A stretch of DNA of 63,586 nt, the filler included, from Globobulimina sp. (taxonomy: Eukaryota), in the NCBI GenBank assembly GCA_003354225.1. It is 29 parts of 29 records of this genome, joined end to end, with 100 filler letters (N's around TTAATTAATTAA, not from the genome) between each part and the next. Parts side by side here need not be neighbours in the genome. Positions count along the whole stretch, not along the records: positions 24,172 to 26,268 come from PIVH01009029.1; positions 26,369 to 28,464 come from PIVH01009030.1; positions 28,565 to 30,660 come from PIVH01009031.1; positions 30,761 to 32,856 come from PIVH01009032.1; positions 32,957 to 35,052 come from PIVH01009033.1; 24 more parts are not named here. One strand, 5' to 3'. The first letter of the stretch is position 1, and every line of letters starts with the position of its first letter. A program made the translations under genes and the position numbers. Of this stretch, positions 24,299 through 35,152 are shown piece by piece. The notes beneath the pieces are model-generated. The model did no database searches, was not told the origin of the DNA, and saw only the letters and a list, made by a program, of their open reading frames with translations.

Positions 24299-24512
24299 AA
24301 TGTTAACAACGCAGCAGTGATAATGCATTGGTGATGACTTATTGGTGTTCCATCAATGTTAACAACCCAACAGTGATAATGGATTGGTGATAACTTATTG
24401 GTGATAACTTATTGGTGATCACTGAATGGTATCAACTAGACAGTGATAAAGGAATGGGAATAACTTAAGCGTTATCACTAAGCGTTAGCACATGTTTGGT
24501 GACAACAGTGTA
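24299..24512. repeat. Degenerate 14-nt tandem array with a 56-nt higher-order unit
   Basis: TTGGTGATAACTTA and CAGTGATAATGGAT units; AATGTTAACAAC recurs 56 nt apart. Confidence 0.75.
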
Positions 24513-24574
24513 TACAAAACGACGCGTGATCACTGCTACGTGTTTTTAATTTGGTTATAACATACACGTGTCAA

Positions 24575-25111
24575 ATGGGTGTTTTCACCACCTTTCAACA
24601 CTACGATGAACTGTCTAAATGTAATTATAATCCATATTTGATCCAATTTTATGCATTTTCAAATGAGAATCAAGAAATCCCATCAATTGCAACATCATTC
24701 GGTTTTATCGTCAAAGTGCCGACAATATTTTTTTTTGTTACTTTTGGAGGTGTGTTGTTTGCGCAGGCACGACAAGCATATGAATTGGGTAAATTGCCTG
24801 AACAGTATCAATATTTTAAGAGATATGTTGGTGGTAAGTCTGATATCGTCGATGAGTTAGGAGTTCCCGTTAAAATCACAGGTGGAACCACTCAAATTTT
24901 TACCAGAACTGATAATGAATTAAACTTTTCATTTGGAATTGAAGGAGAATTTGGAAATGGAACTGTATTTTGTGAGAGAACAATACAAAGTGTAGAACCG
25001 GGCGAAAATAATGGTTTTACCAAACAAACAAATCTTAAAATATACGCAGAAACCGACACGGATTTAGGAAAACGCACAATCGATGTTGTGGATAAGACAT
25101 CATACCAATGA
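24575..25111 (+). CDS. Coa1/Tim21-like mitochondrial inner-membrane assembly factor
   Basis: Single TM followed by IVDELGVPVKITGG...FSFGIEGEFGNGTVF. Confidence 0.55.
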   Translation: MGVFTTFQHYDELSKCNYNPYLIQFYAFSNENQEIPSIATSFGFIVKVPTIFFFVTFGGVLFAQARQAYELGKLPEQYQYFKRYVGGKSDIVDELGVPVKITGGTTQIFTRTDNELNFSFGIEGEFGNGTVFCERTIQSVEPGENNGFTKQTNLKIYAETDTDLGKRTIDVVDKTSYQ

Positions 25112-25209
25112 GGACCGTGATTGATTCCTCCATGTTTTGAAAATGTCTCCCCAGCCCTTCTTGTATACCATTATCTCGGCTCATTAGTTCGACTGTGTCA
25201 CTGTGTGTA

Positions 25210-25911
25210 ATGTCAAAAAAAGGATTGAAAATAATTAATGCAGGCTTTCAACGGACAGGGACAAATTCATTAAGAATAGCATTAGAATCACTTGGGTATA
25301 CACCTTTTCATGGTTACACATTGATTGAAAATTGGAATAAAACAAATCATAAATCATTTTGGCAAAATGTATACGCGAATAATGGTCAAAATATAGATTG
25401 GGACGATTTTTATGCATTCAATAATTATAATGCTTGTTGTGACAGTCCATCAAGATATTATTGGAGGGAATTATTTGAATATTATCCAAATTCAAAAGTT
25501 GTTCTAACTATACGTGATAAACATAAATGGTTTAAAAGTTGGCAAAATACAATTGTACCGGCTCATTTTGATGGTGTTTTAGGAAATTCTGAATCCGTTG
25601 ACTTTCATACCAAATTATTAAAAGAGATATCATTTTGTAATATGAAATATAATGAGAGCGATGAACGAGATTGTTTTAAAATATTTGATCAATATAATGA
25701 TGGGGTCATCGATTATTTTAATGATAACAAATTAAATGATAAACTGATCATAATTGATTTGGAAAACATTGATCAACAAAATATTATGAAAAATCTAGCT
25801 ACTTTTTTGGAAGTGGATTGTGATAAATGTCAAATCAAACACTATCCAGCAACAAATTCCACGCATGATTATAAAAGTAACTTTATTGCATCCATGAAAA
25901 TTGGGATTTGA
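25210..25911 (+). CDS. P-loop sulfotransferase-family protein (Sulfotransfer_4 type)
   Basis: KIINAGFQRTGTNSLRIALESLGY, ACCDSPS..YWREL..YPNSKVVLTIRD..WFKS. Confidence 0.88.
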   Translation: MSKKGLKIINAGFQRTGTNSLRIALESLGYTPFHGYTLIENWNKTNHKSFWQNVYANNGQNIDWDDFYAFNNYNACCDSPSRYYWRELFEYYPNSKVVLTIRDKHKWFKSWQNTIVPAHFDGVLGNSESVDFHTKLLKEISFCNMKYNESDERDCFKIFDQYNDGVIDYFNDNKLNDKLIIIDLENIDQQNIMKNLATFLEVDCDKCQIKHYPATNSTHDYKSNFIASMKIGI

Positions 25912-26025
25912 ATTATTATATAAGACTTAATTTTTTATAATAATTGTTTACGTTCGCAATTGGAATCGCAAACGTTTTTGATACATATATACATTTTGAG
26001 TGGAAAAACTTAGCGGTTTTTACTA

Positions 26026-26268
26026 ATGGGCTGTGCTTGTTGCAAAAAAATGCAGCCATTGCATTCGAATACAACAGTCACTGCGTTGTTGGAAGAAAAT
26101 GCTGTAAATGTTGCAAAACAAAGGGATCCTTTGCTGTGTGTGGCTGATAAAGTCAAATCTGATATACCTACAACACCAAAATTGATCCCTCACATTCGTC
26201 AATTGCAATTGCTAATATTCCAATTATTACACCAAAAAGGATATGATTTCTATCGATATCCAAAGTAC
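26026..26268 (+). CDS. N-acylated protein start (MGCACCKK), partial
   Basis: Myristoylation/palmitoylation-type N-terminus. Confidence 0.4.
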
Positions 26269-26467
26269 NNNNNNNNNNNNNNNNNNNNNNNNNNNNNNNN
26301 NNNNNNNNNNNNTTAATTAATTAANNNNNNNNNNNNNNNNNNNNNNNNNNNNNNNNNNNNNNNNNNNNCAGGTGAGAACTGAGCCCCATGAATACAAATT
26401 GTCGCTGCGGGATTTCGGTACCCATAAGTACTGGAAAACCAATTAAACGCCATTTGATTAAGGCCAT

Positions 26468-26503
26468 AAAGCGACTGTAGATAGACAGAGTTGTCGCTTT
26501 TTT
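26468..26503 (+). terminator. Rho-independent terminator after a truncated bacterial gene ending at about 26447
   Basis: AAAGCGAC...GTCGCTTTTTT stem with U-tract. Confidence 0.65.
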
Positions 26504-26836
26504 GCTACCTGATTATACTTGCTCCAATGATGGTTTTTATCTCCAATAAACCGTAATGGGATCTTAATTTAATTGGTCATGCGGTTTCCCATATAGATGA
26601 ATCTCACATCAAAGACTGGAAATCTTGCTTATACAATATGTTATGTTCTGATTTGTTTAAAAGCTTAATGATACCATTTGAATAGTTGAACATTGGCAGA
26701 ATCAAGACTGATGCAAGTAGTTTTGACTTTTGTCTGGCAGAAAAAGAAGGGGATATTGATAGCATATTCAATGAATCAATGGCTTTGGTATTTTCTAGTA
26801 TTTCAATTTAAAGCATCTAACAACCCTCCAGCATTA

Positions 26837-26897
26837 TGTGAAAAAAATTTCACTTTATGAAAATAAGGTAATAGTAACTATGTAAAAAAAGTTCTAA
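26837..26897 (+). promoter_or_regulatory. Candidate enhancer-binding-protein sites
   Basis: Dyad GTGAAA-N4-TTTCAC plus a second TGTAAAA half-site, 110-160 nt upstream of the sigma-54 site. Confidence 0.45.
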
Positions 26898-26993
26898 TCA
26901 TAATGCACTAAAAATAATAGTAAAATCCTATGGTTATCATAACCATTTCTTTTGATGGCATAAATTAGACATTAAAAAAAAATCACCGCAATA

Positions 26994-27010
26994 TGGTATA
27001 ATTGTTGCTT
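26994..27010 (+). promoter_or_regulatory. Sigma-54 (-24/-12) promoter
   Basis: TGGTATAATTGTTGCTT is GG-N10-GC, about 36 nt before the ATG; RBS AGGGAG follows. Confidence 0.75.
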
Positions 27011-27046
27011 ATTAGCTTCTAATAACCAATTATTTAGGGAGTTTAA

Positions 27047-27715
27047 ATGAAAAAAGTATTATTAATCATTACCATATTTTTGTTTTTAGCACCATTTGCA
27101 AATGCTACCACCATCGATACCACAACAGCTGGTGATCCATCAAGTTGGGTTCAAGAATTCGGTGGTCTCGCCAAGACACACTATTATGGTCAGACATTTA
27201 ATATAGGCAGCGATTCTGATACCTTATTAAATAGTATTAGTTTCGAAATGATGCAGTTAACCACTGAGAATATCACTTTTGATTTCAATATATATAATTG
27301 GGATGGGAGCTCAGTTTCAGGGTCACCTCTTTATAGTGATACGTCTTTATCTACAACAGCAGAAAATGAGTGGGAAACTTTCCTAATCAGTGGTATTGAC
27401 ATCACACTACAAAACAACACCGATTATATTTTTGTGATTGATGCCTCAGCAGATTCGAATGATGGTTTTGCGCGAGTTGCGTCCGGTACGAATGGTGTTG
27501 ATTTATATGGAAATGGACAGTTCGTATATAAGCAGAATGATGGAGAACAACGCCCGGGTGTCCCCAATTGGTGGAGAACTAATCAGTTGGGTGTAGGAGA
27601 TTTAGCCTTTATCATGGAAACCTCTTCTCCAGCTCCAGTACCAGAACCTGCCACAATGCTGTTATTTGGTTTTGGCCTACTCGGTCTTGCAGGAGTAAAC
27701 AGAAGAAAACAATAA
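27047..27715 (+). CDS. Bacterial PEP-CTERM sorting-domain exoprotein
   Basis: Signal peptide (..FANA); C-terminal PVPEPATMLLFGFGLLGLAGVNRRKQ; Shine-Dalgarno present. Confidence 0.95.
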   Translation: MKKVLLIITIFLFLAPFANATTIDTTTAGDPSSWVQEFGGLAKTHYYGQTFNIGSDSDTLLNSISFEMMQLTTENITFDFNIYNWDGSSVSGSPLYSDTSLSTTAENEWETFLISGIDITLQNNTDYIFVIDASADSNDGFARVASGTNGVDLYGNGQFVYKQNDGEQRPGVPNWWRTNQLGVGDLAFIMETSSPAPVPEPATMLLFGFGLLGLAGVNRRKQ

Positions 27716-27741
27716 CAGTTTAAGAGTTACATAAGCATTTT

Positions 27742-27777
27742 AAAAAGGCAGGGTCGTTCAGTTGGCTCTGCTTTTTT
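27742..27777 (+). terminator. Rho-independent terminator
   Basis: AAAAAGGCAGGGTCG-loop-TGGCTCTGCTTTTTT. Confidence 0.8.
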
Positions 27778-29104
27778 ATTTCTGTTTGCCATTTTTCTCT
27801 AATTTTCATTCAATTATATGAACCAAAGCCATTTTAAAGAAGCATTCTTTCATATTCCAGTAAATGTATAGAATTTTATCTTTCATCTATAGCCAAAACA
27901 GTGATTCAAAATACTCATTCGAGCATGAGAAATAAAAGCAAATATTATCTGATATTTTAGAGATGATAGATTAAATTTATTGGACTAAACCTGAAGAAAA
28001 AAGGGGGCAAACCGCGGTTTTTCATACGCTACAGAGATTGTATTTAACCCATTGATAATAAAGGTGTTCCACTGTTTCACGATGCTAAGAACAAGGCTGA
28101 CAAAAATAGCACTCATGATGACTTAATATCACAGTTCAGCTAAAAGAAAAAACCTTTATTATGGTCACAAAATCAAAAACATGGATCAGAGGTTGTCCCA
28201 CCCCACCGCGTAGCGGTTTAGTTCATATAATATATAAAGAACATAGCAACACGCCATTTCCAATAAATAATCTCTGCTTTATCTCCAATTACTAAGCGAC
28301 TAATTATGGTATATACACCCACGAGTAAAATTTGAATTGGAGCGACAACTTCCAAAACAAAGACGTAGTGCCGACAAAAAAGGTGGGGTTAATTAACACC
28401 AATGCTAACTTTTGTACTAAAGTTAGCATTTGAGAATTGAACATTCTTTATGTCTAATTGCAGCNNNNNNNNNNNNNNNNNNNNNNNNNNNNNNNNNNNN
28501 NNNNNNNNTTAATTAATTAANNNNNNNNNNNNNNNNNNNNNNNNNNNNNNNNNNNNNNNNNNNNGAAGGTGTCAGTTGTCCCTTCAAAATCATGCCCAAG
28601 TTGAGTTTAAAAATTTGATCATATATTGCTCATAAAAAAAAAAAAATATATATTATCCCTTGACAGGTCCACCATTTATTCAATATATTAGTACTAATAT
28701 GCGTATCTCTTATCGGGAACACTACTGTAATTGTTCTTATTGGTATGTCTGCATGTCTGACTGTCTGGCTGTCTGACTGTCTGACGACAACATGGATGCT
28801 AATTACTTCTTGCAAATCTACACTTAGCTCATCCAGAGGATGTTTGTTGCGATGTGGTTGAAATTGTTTGTATAGCTGTCCATATAACTCAAAACAACAA
28901 AATATATTCTTCAAGTCGCATACCAACAAAAAAAGTGAAAAGTTGGTTATTTCTAACTTTGTCAAATCGAAGAATTGAAGTCTTTCCTTTTAGAACCTAT
29001 CTGATTGATACAATACACACGATACAGCAAATAAAAAGGCAAGCAAAATGACGAAAAAGTTAGTGTGGTGAACCCTAGACATAGCTTTAATTCACTTTGC
29101 GATC

Positions 29105-29320
29105 AACATATGCAAACTAAGTCTTTGTCGTTTGTGAGAGTCAGAGCTGAGCCGAGCAGAGTAGAGTCTAGTGTTCGAGTGCCATGTGTTTGGTTAGCTA
29201 GTAAAAAACCCGCTCGACTCGATCACTAAAATCATGTCCACTCGATCACTACACTCTGGACTCTGCTCTGCTCGACTCCGACTTTCACTCATAAACGAGA
29301 ACGACTTACTTTACATACGC
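29105..29320. mobile_element. ~200-nt foldback/MITE-like element
   Basis: TAAGTCTTTGTCGTTTGTGAG..GAGCAGAGTAGAGTC pairs imperfectly with GACTCTGCTCTGCTC..CTCATAAACGAGAACGACTTA. Confidence 0.65.
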
Positions 29321-29486
29321 AACTATTATGTCACATAAATTAATCAATGATACATGATAACAGTAATTCATATTTTGTATGTTATTTGAAATTATGGTAT
29401 ACAAAAAAGTTACGACAAAAGGCTACAAATGCAATGAATATTATATTAAATTGTTAATTATCATACAATTTAATAGATACAAACAC

Positions 29487-30660
29487 TCATTTTTGCTCAA
29501 TTTCATTATATTCATTTTTAAGGTTTTGTGTTGGCACTTTGTTTGGCCACCAATTTAATGCATCACTACCAATGGATAACATAGAAGGTACAATAATCGG
29601 TCTCACCAAAAATGTGTCAACCATTACACCGAAGGCTAACAAAAAGCCCATTTGATTGAGAACCACCCCATCTTTAAGAAGAAGGCCGGCAAAGGACATA
29701 CACATGACACAGCCCGCTGTACTCACCACGGGACCGCTGACCGCAACTCCTGAGATTATGGATGCTCGCGTCGAATACCCATTCATTCTGTGTTCAAATA
29801 TGCGCGAAAACAAAAACAATTCGTAATCCAATGCCAAACCAATCAACAATGTCATTATAATAGTCGGAACCGTCCAATGTATTCCCTTTGTATACACCAA
29901 ATATGCGGTTGTAAAAACAAACATAATCGGCACTGCGATGCACAACACCAATCTGAATGGCAACCAAACTGCACGGAATACAAAACCAAGAAATATGAAT
30001 ACAACTCCAAGTATAATGCATATGGAATATAGTGAGCGAGCATCCATTTGATCCGATGAATCAATCTCATAATATAGCGCATTGTCAATGTATATGGATA
30101 CATCATCATTCGCAGCATTATAGTCATCAGCAAAACGTCTTAATATTTTTGCTTTTTTGCTTCCTTCCACGGATTGCAAACTATATTCTTGTAAATCATG
30201 TTCAACATTAACAATCGATGCCGTTTGGTCCCTGTTGATTAAGCTCCGTTTGCTATTTACAATAAAACCCAAATATTGCATTAATTTCCCTGTAAATGGA
30301 TTACTTTTGTTTGAAACTGAAATGTTTAAATTCCAGTCATTGAGTAGTTTATGATATGCATCGATGACATGTTGATTGTCAATACAAATTAATTCATGAT
30401 CTGAACTTGTGTTTGTTAAATTGAATATTCTCGGGAAAAATGTAAGTGATTTTAAATTTGATGGCTTGTAATCTTCCAAATGTTGAAGCAATTCATTGCC
30501 AAACTTGCACGTCGATTGAAAATATCTTGAAGTCCAAATGTGTTCCTCATTCGCAATATTATTTACAACCACTATGTCAATTGATTCTGTAGCAGTAACA
30601 TCAAACTTTTCCAATATCGTTTTATATGCAATAACAGAGTCTGAATGCTTTGGGAGTAAA
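29487..30660 (-). CDS. MMPL/RND-family transporter, C-terminal half
   Basis: LIGLALDYELFLFSRIFE, SGPVVSTAGCVM, QMGFLLAFGVMVDTFLVRPIIVPS..NWWP. Confidence 0.9.
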
Positions 30661-31329
30661 NNNNNNNNNNNNNNNNNNNNNNNNNNNNNNNNNNNNNNNN
30701 NNNNTTAATTAATTAANNNNNNNNNNNNNNNNNNNNNNNNNNNNNNNNNNNNNNNNNNNNCCTTAGTACGTAGTCACAACATGTCAAAGTCATTATCACA
30801 ACATCAATCGAGTATGTATGTACCTCATTAAATGTATGATTTATTGCACCGCTTTTTTACAGGGTGTACGTTTACAAAACATTCACACAAATCCACGGAA
30901 AAATGTACGTTTACAAAACATTAAATATTTGCCTATTATATTATGTGTGTTAGGACTTAGGAGTAGCTGTTAAGTTATTTGTATATTGTATATTATTATT
31001 TGTATATATTTATTGTATATCGATGTATACTGTATATTGTATATTGTATATGTATACTGTATATAATGATATTTAGTATGTAGTATATAACTCTGCGACA
31101 TCCACAATATATATCCTTAAATTTTATTTTTGTTTAATTTGAATATCTCCGATCATCATTATACAGATTAATATCATCCGTCTCTGCTTTGGCTGCAACC
31201 ACAACACTCCAATATAGAAAATTCAACAAACGAAAGGTTTTGCTTTGCAAGGATCGGTCCAACAGAAACTGTCCGAGAATGAGTAAACCATAAACCATGA
31301 AAAATCAATGGTCAAACTTTCATTCATTG

Positions 31330-31600
31330 ACGATATATATCGTTGAATTATATACTTTCAATACTGGCAATACCGCATATAAAGTAAATGCAATTTATGT
31401 CTCACGAGAAATATCACAAAAACGAACTGGAAATTTGATCCATTCGTTCCATTCACAATATGATGAACTAAATTGTTTGCATTCACAACAAACTGGTAAT
31501 CCCAAACGCTTCAATGTAACATTCATACGATGAGCAACATGTTGTTGCTGAACAATATAAATCACATTCTTGCTCCAATACATTTTCAAAGTATACTAAA
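31330..31600 (-). pseudogene. Decayed class III PI3K (Vps34) C2-domain fragment
   Basis: CDLYCSA [frameshift] KRLGLPV..WNEWIKFPVRFCDISRET*IAFTLY. Confidence 0.65.
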
Positions 31601-33039
31601 ACAACAAACAAATACCTAATCCTGTTATACAATGACAGGTAAAAATATACTTCCATGTTCTGTCTACTCTCAACTTAAAAAAACAAAAACAACAAAACAA
31701 TAGATCATAAATTATCTTTTTCATCTTCGTGAATTGCTTTGCAATTTCCAATTATTATTCGTGTTTCATTACATCCAGGACACATTTCAAGTATTTCTTG
31801 ATCTTTATCAAAATAATTTGAATCAAATAATAATGGTTTCTTAATATATTTTGGAGGATTTGCATCATGAACATATAAACATTGATTATATGCATTATAT
31901 CCCCATAAATAATATTTATTATCCGCTGTTTTAAAACGATGTTACTTCAGTTTCAACAGCAGATAATATTTTTAAATACATTTGCACGGGAAATGCATTC
32001 AATTAATAAACAATTGTCGGTTGACATTGATATCACTGCAGACAGAAATTGATTATATTATTACAAAGCATTCAATGAAAACCAGTTACAAATGAGATTT
32101 GATACATTGCAGCAAAACAATATCCATATGATCGGAATATGGGATATGCCGCTTCAGTCAGACTGGCAGCTATTTTTAACTGAGTAAGCATTAAGTTGCG
32201 TTACATTCAGAAAACTTTGACTAAGTATTTAGATGCTTTCGTCAGTTTTTGCTCCATAGTTGGTCCCTTATATTCCACAAAAACAATCACATTTCAACGT
32301 CCCACAAAAACAATCGATCGGAACACATATTATTATTATATTTATTAGATTTGGCTGCATTGATCGCGCCACGACCACACAGAATATTGATGTATATATT
32401 TTAAAAAACATGACAGATGTTGCATGTGAAAAAAATTGCGCATTTTCGCATATGTTTTGAGTTTGAAACTAAACCATAGAAATATTGGATCGCATTTTCA
32501 GTTTCAAACTAAAATATATCAAACTTGCAATGATTTTATTTTTTGTGAGTTTATTACGCCGCTCAATACGCTGTCCACCAAACTCAGCACAAAAGCAGTT
32601 ATCCAATGATATGAAATGCGTATAATGCAATTTTCGTTTTTGAGGTAGCAAATATACAAAGAACGTGTTCACTTTTTTACAGTTGATATCTACCTCAAAA
32701 ATATTAATAAACTCACTCAAAATAATAAGCACAAACAACCATTAATAATATCAAAGCCTGCTCAGTAAAAACACCTCCCTTCACCGCATTTCATTTTTTG
32801 TTTTTTGTTATACAGAAACGCGGATTTTCATTTTAAAAAATGGGAAACAAAGAAACNNNNNNNNNNNNNNNNNNNNNNNNNNNNNNNNNNNNNNNNNNNN
32901 TTAATTAATTAANNNNNNNNNNNNNNNNNNNNNNNNNNNNNNNNNNNNNNNNNNNNATTTGTTCTTGTTGCAAGGTAGGTTAAGAAAATGTCAGAATACT
33001 CCAATTTTGAAAACAGCTCAAAGTTTTTGACAGTAAAAC

Positions 33040-34085
33040 ATGGCAGGCATTGTTGCTCCTTCAGGATATCGTATGTACAAAACTATGTACATTCATTCCC
33101 AACAATTAAAAACGAGCCATCATACACAAACACATTAATCTCAGCGGAAGATTTGACAAAATATGCAAAAATGTTGAAAATGGGAGTACCTGAATCTGCA
33201 GTTAGAGGCAAAATGTATTCCGATGGAATCGACGATGAAATGTACGACAGATATCTCAATCCAGAAACTGGTTTGTTATATAAATATATACCACCAATAA
33301 CACACCATATGACCTATAACATGCACACCTCAGCAATAACAGAAGAAGAAGACGAATATGATGATGAAGAAAAAGAAGTGGACCCATTAGACCCAAATCA
33401 ACCCGACTCGACACCACTGACCGATGAAGCATTACAGCAGCAACAGTCACAGCCACAGCCAACCGGATTCTTTTCATCTCAGAATTTTGTGCCTCCCGTC
33501 GACTCAGGTATCAATCCGCGAATATCCTCGCACAGTGCACACACACTGCGAATCTGCGATGTTCTATGTATAAATGCTATATATTTAGAGTTGAAAATGG
33601 ATACATTGTCTCCAGTGCCAGTAAAGAAGACCTTGTTGATTGTGAATACATTCGTAGTGAACACAGCAGCGTTTCTAAATAAATTTGTGACGACATGCGA
33701 GTCAAAGTTGCATAAAATCCATACTGATATACAACGGATGGAGACTACCATGTTACTGTTAGAAAGTAAGTTGACTTCCATTGATTGGTTAAGAGAAGCG
33801 GAACAAGGCCATGCTCCGGTTATTCCTGCTGCGGATTCATGGGATACTGACTTCAAACAAGGAGGAGATGATCAGGAACAAAAGGATGGCAATGATGGAG
33901 GAGGAGATGCACCGCCACCACAACAACCAACAGAGGACCCATTGTTATCCGATCCTGATATGGCGCCATGGTTTAAAATGTTGAAATTTGGAGTGCCTGA
34001 ATCCGCGGTAAGACTTAAAATGAGTTTAAATGGAGTTGATGATGATACAATTGATCGTATCGTACAGCTACATAAGTCACGATAA
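33040..34085 (+). CDS. WASHC3: WASH complex subunit 3 (CCDC53) with duplicated KMLKxGVP motif; intron 33071-33144 and probably two stopless in-frame introns
   Basis: KKTLLIVNTFVVNTAAFLNKFVTTCESKL..IQRMETTMLLLESKLTSI; WFKMLKFGVPESAVRLKM. Confidence 0.88.
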
Positions 34086-34311
34086 TGTACATAGTATGGC
34101 CAAGTGAATGAGTTAATTTTGAATGAATGTCTGATTTTTATTGTTTTGATTGTACAAATTAGTAACTTTGTTTCTCATCATTTAAATATTAAAAGTAAGT
34201 TTTTCAATAATTAATTATTATCTTTTTTTTTGTGCTTGTTTTTGTTTTGTGTTTGGATAATTGCTTGACTCCAAACAAAACAACGATGCAATACTTATCA
34301 ACCATTTCATT

Positions 34312-34976
34312 TCAAAGTCGTACACAAGTGACAGAAACGCGTTGTTGTGTCATCGGACCGTAGCACAGTAAATTAGTCACTAGGTCTTGCAATTTAAACA
34401 ATGAGGAGTTAAACTGGGGCGGTTTTGAATTGTATGGTTGTTCCAACACTCTAAAGGCAATATGTGTTGGATCTGTTGATGTCATTATGTGAACATCCTT
34501 TTTCCAATCAAATAATAGAGCACCTGCTTTAGTCCAAAATGGATTAATCTCAATCAACACTAATTCAAATGCGTTATCAGTATTTTTAACCAAAGCTACA
34601 TCCATAACGTATGAAAAAATACCATTGTCGCTCATATTTGGATGGATCTTATTTTTCCAAAATAAATATATCGCATTTTTAATTTCCTCTTTATTGTCAA
34701 TAATCTTTCTCAAATAAATAAAATGATTATACTGTGTAATTGCAGTTAAATTGCCTTAAATATAAATGATCGAAATTCATATTCAAAATCAAGATTATGA
34801 TTAAATGGTCGAATTATTAATTTTGGACTGTAATTATCAATCCTTAGTTCGCCTAAACAAAAATCCGTAAATATCCGATCTGAATGAATTATTAAATTAA
34901 CTGCTTCTTTACTTTTCTCATCCACATCATTTTTGTCATGCTGACTTTGGTTTTCTTTGTCAAAAAATGCACCCAT
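34312..34976 (-). CDS. CDC123/D123 (R2K) ATP-grasp protein with a 1-nt frameshift near 34757
   Basis: LIIHSDRIFTD, EYEFRSFIF[K]GNLTAITQY, YVMDV, LIEINPF..AGALLFDW. Confidence 0.8.
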
Positions 34977-35152
34977 TTTTTTGGAAGATTTTGTCCAGAG
35001 AAGTTATGTGTAAGGAGGTGAGGTGAAATCAGGTGAATTATTTGGATCTGGCNNNNNNNNNNNNNNNNNNNNNNNNNNNNNNNNNNNNNNNNNNNNTTAA
35101 TTAATTAANNNNNNNNNNNNNNNNNNNNNNNNNNNNNNNNNNNNNNNNNNNN

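Noticed and set aside
27995..28050. c-di-GMP-I riboswitch (GGGCAAACC)
   Set aside because: The GAAA tetraloop hairpin and GACGCAAAG continuation are absent
28401..28430. Hairpin AATGCTAACTTT..AAAGTTAGCATT as an IS end
   Set aside because: No transposase or partner repeat is visible; it could equally be an operator or terminator
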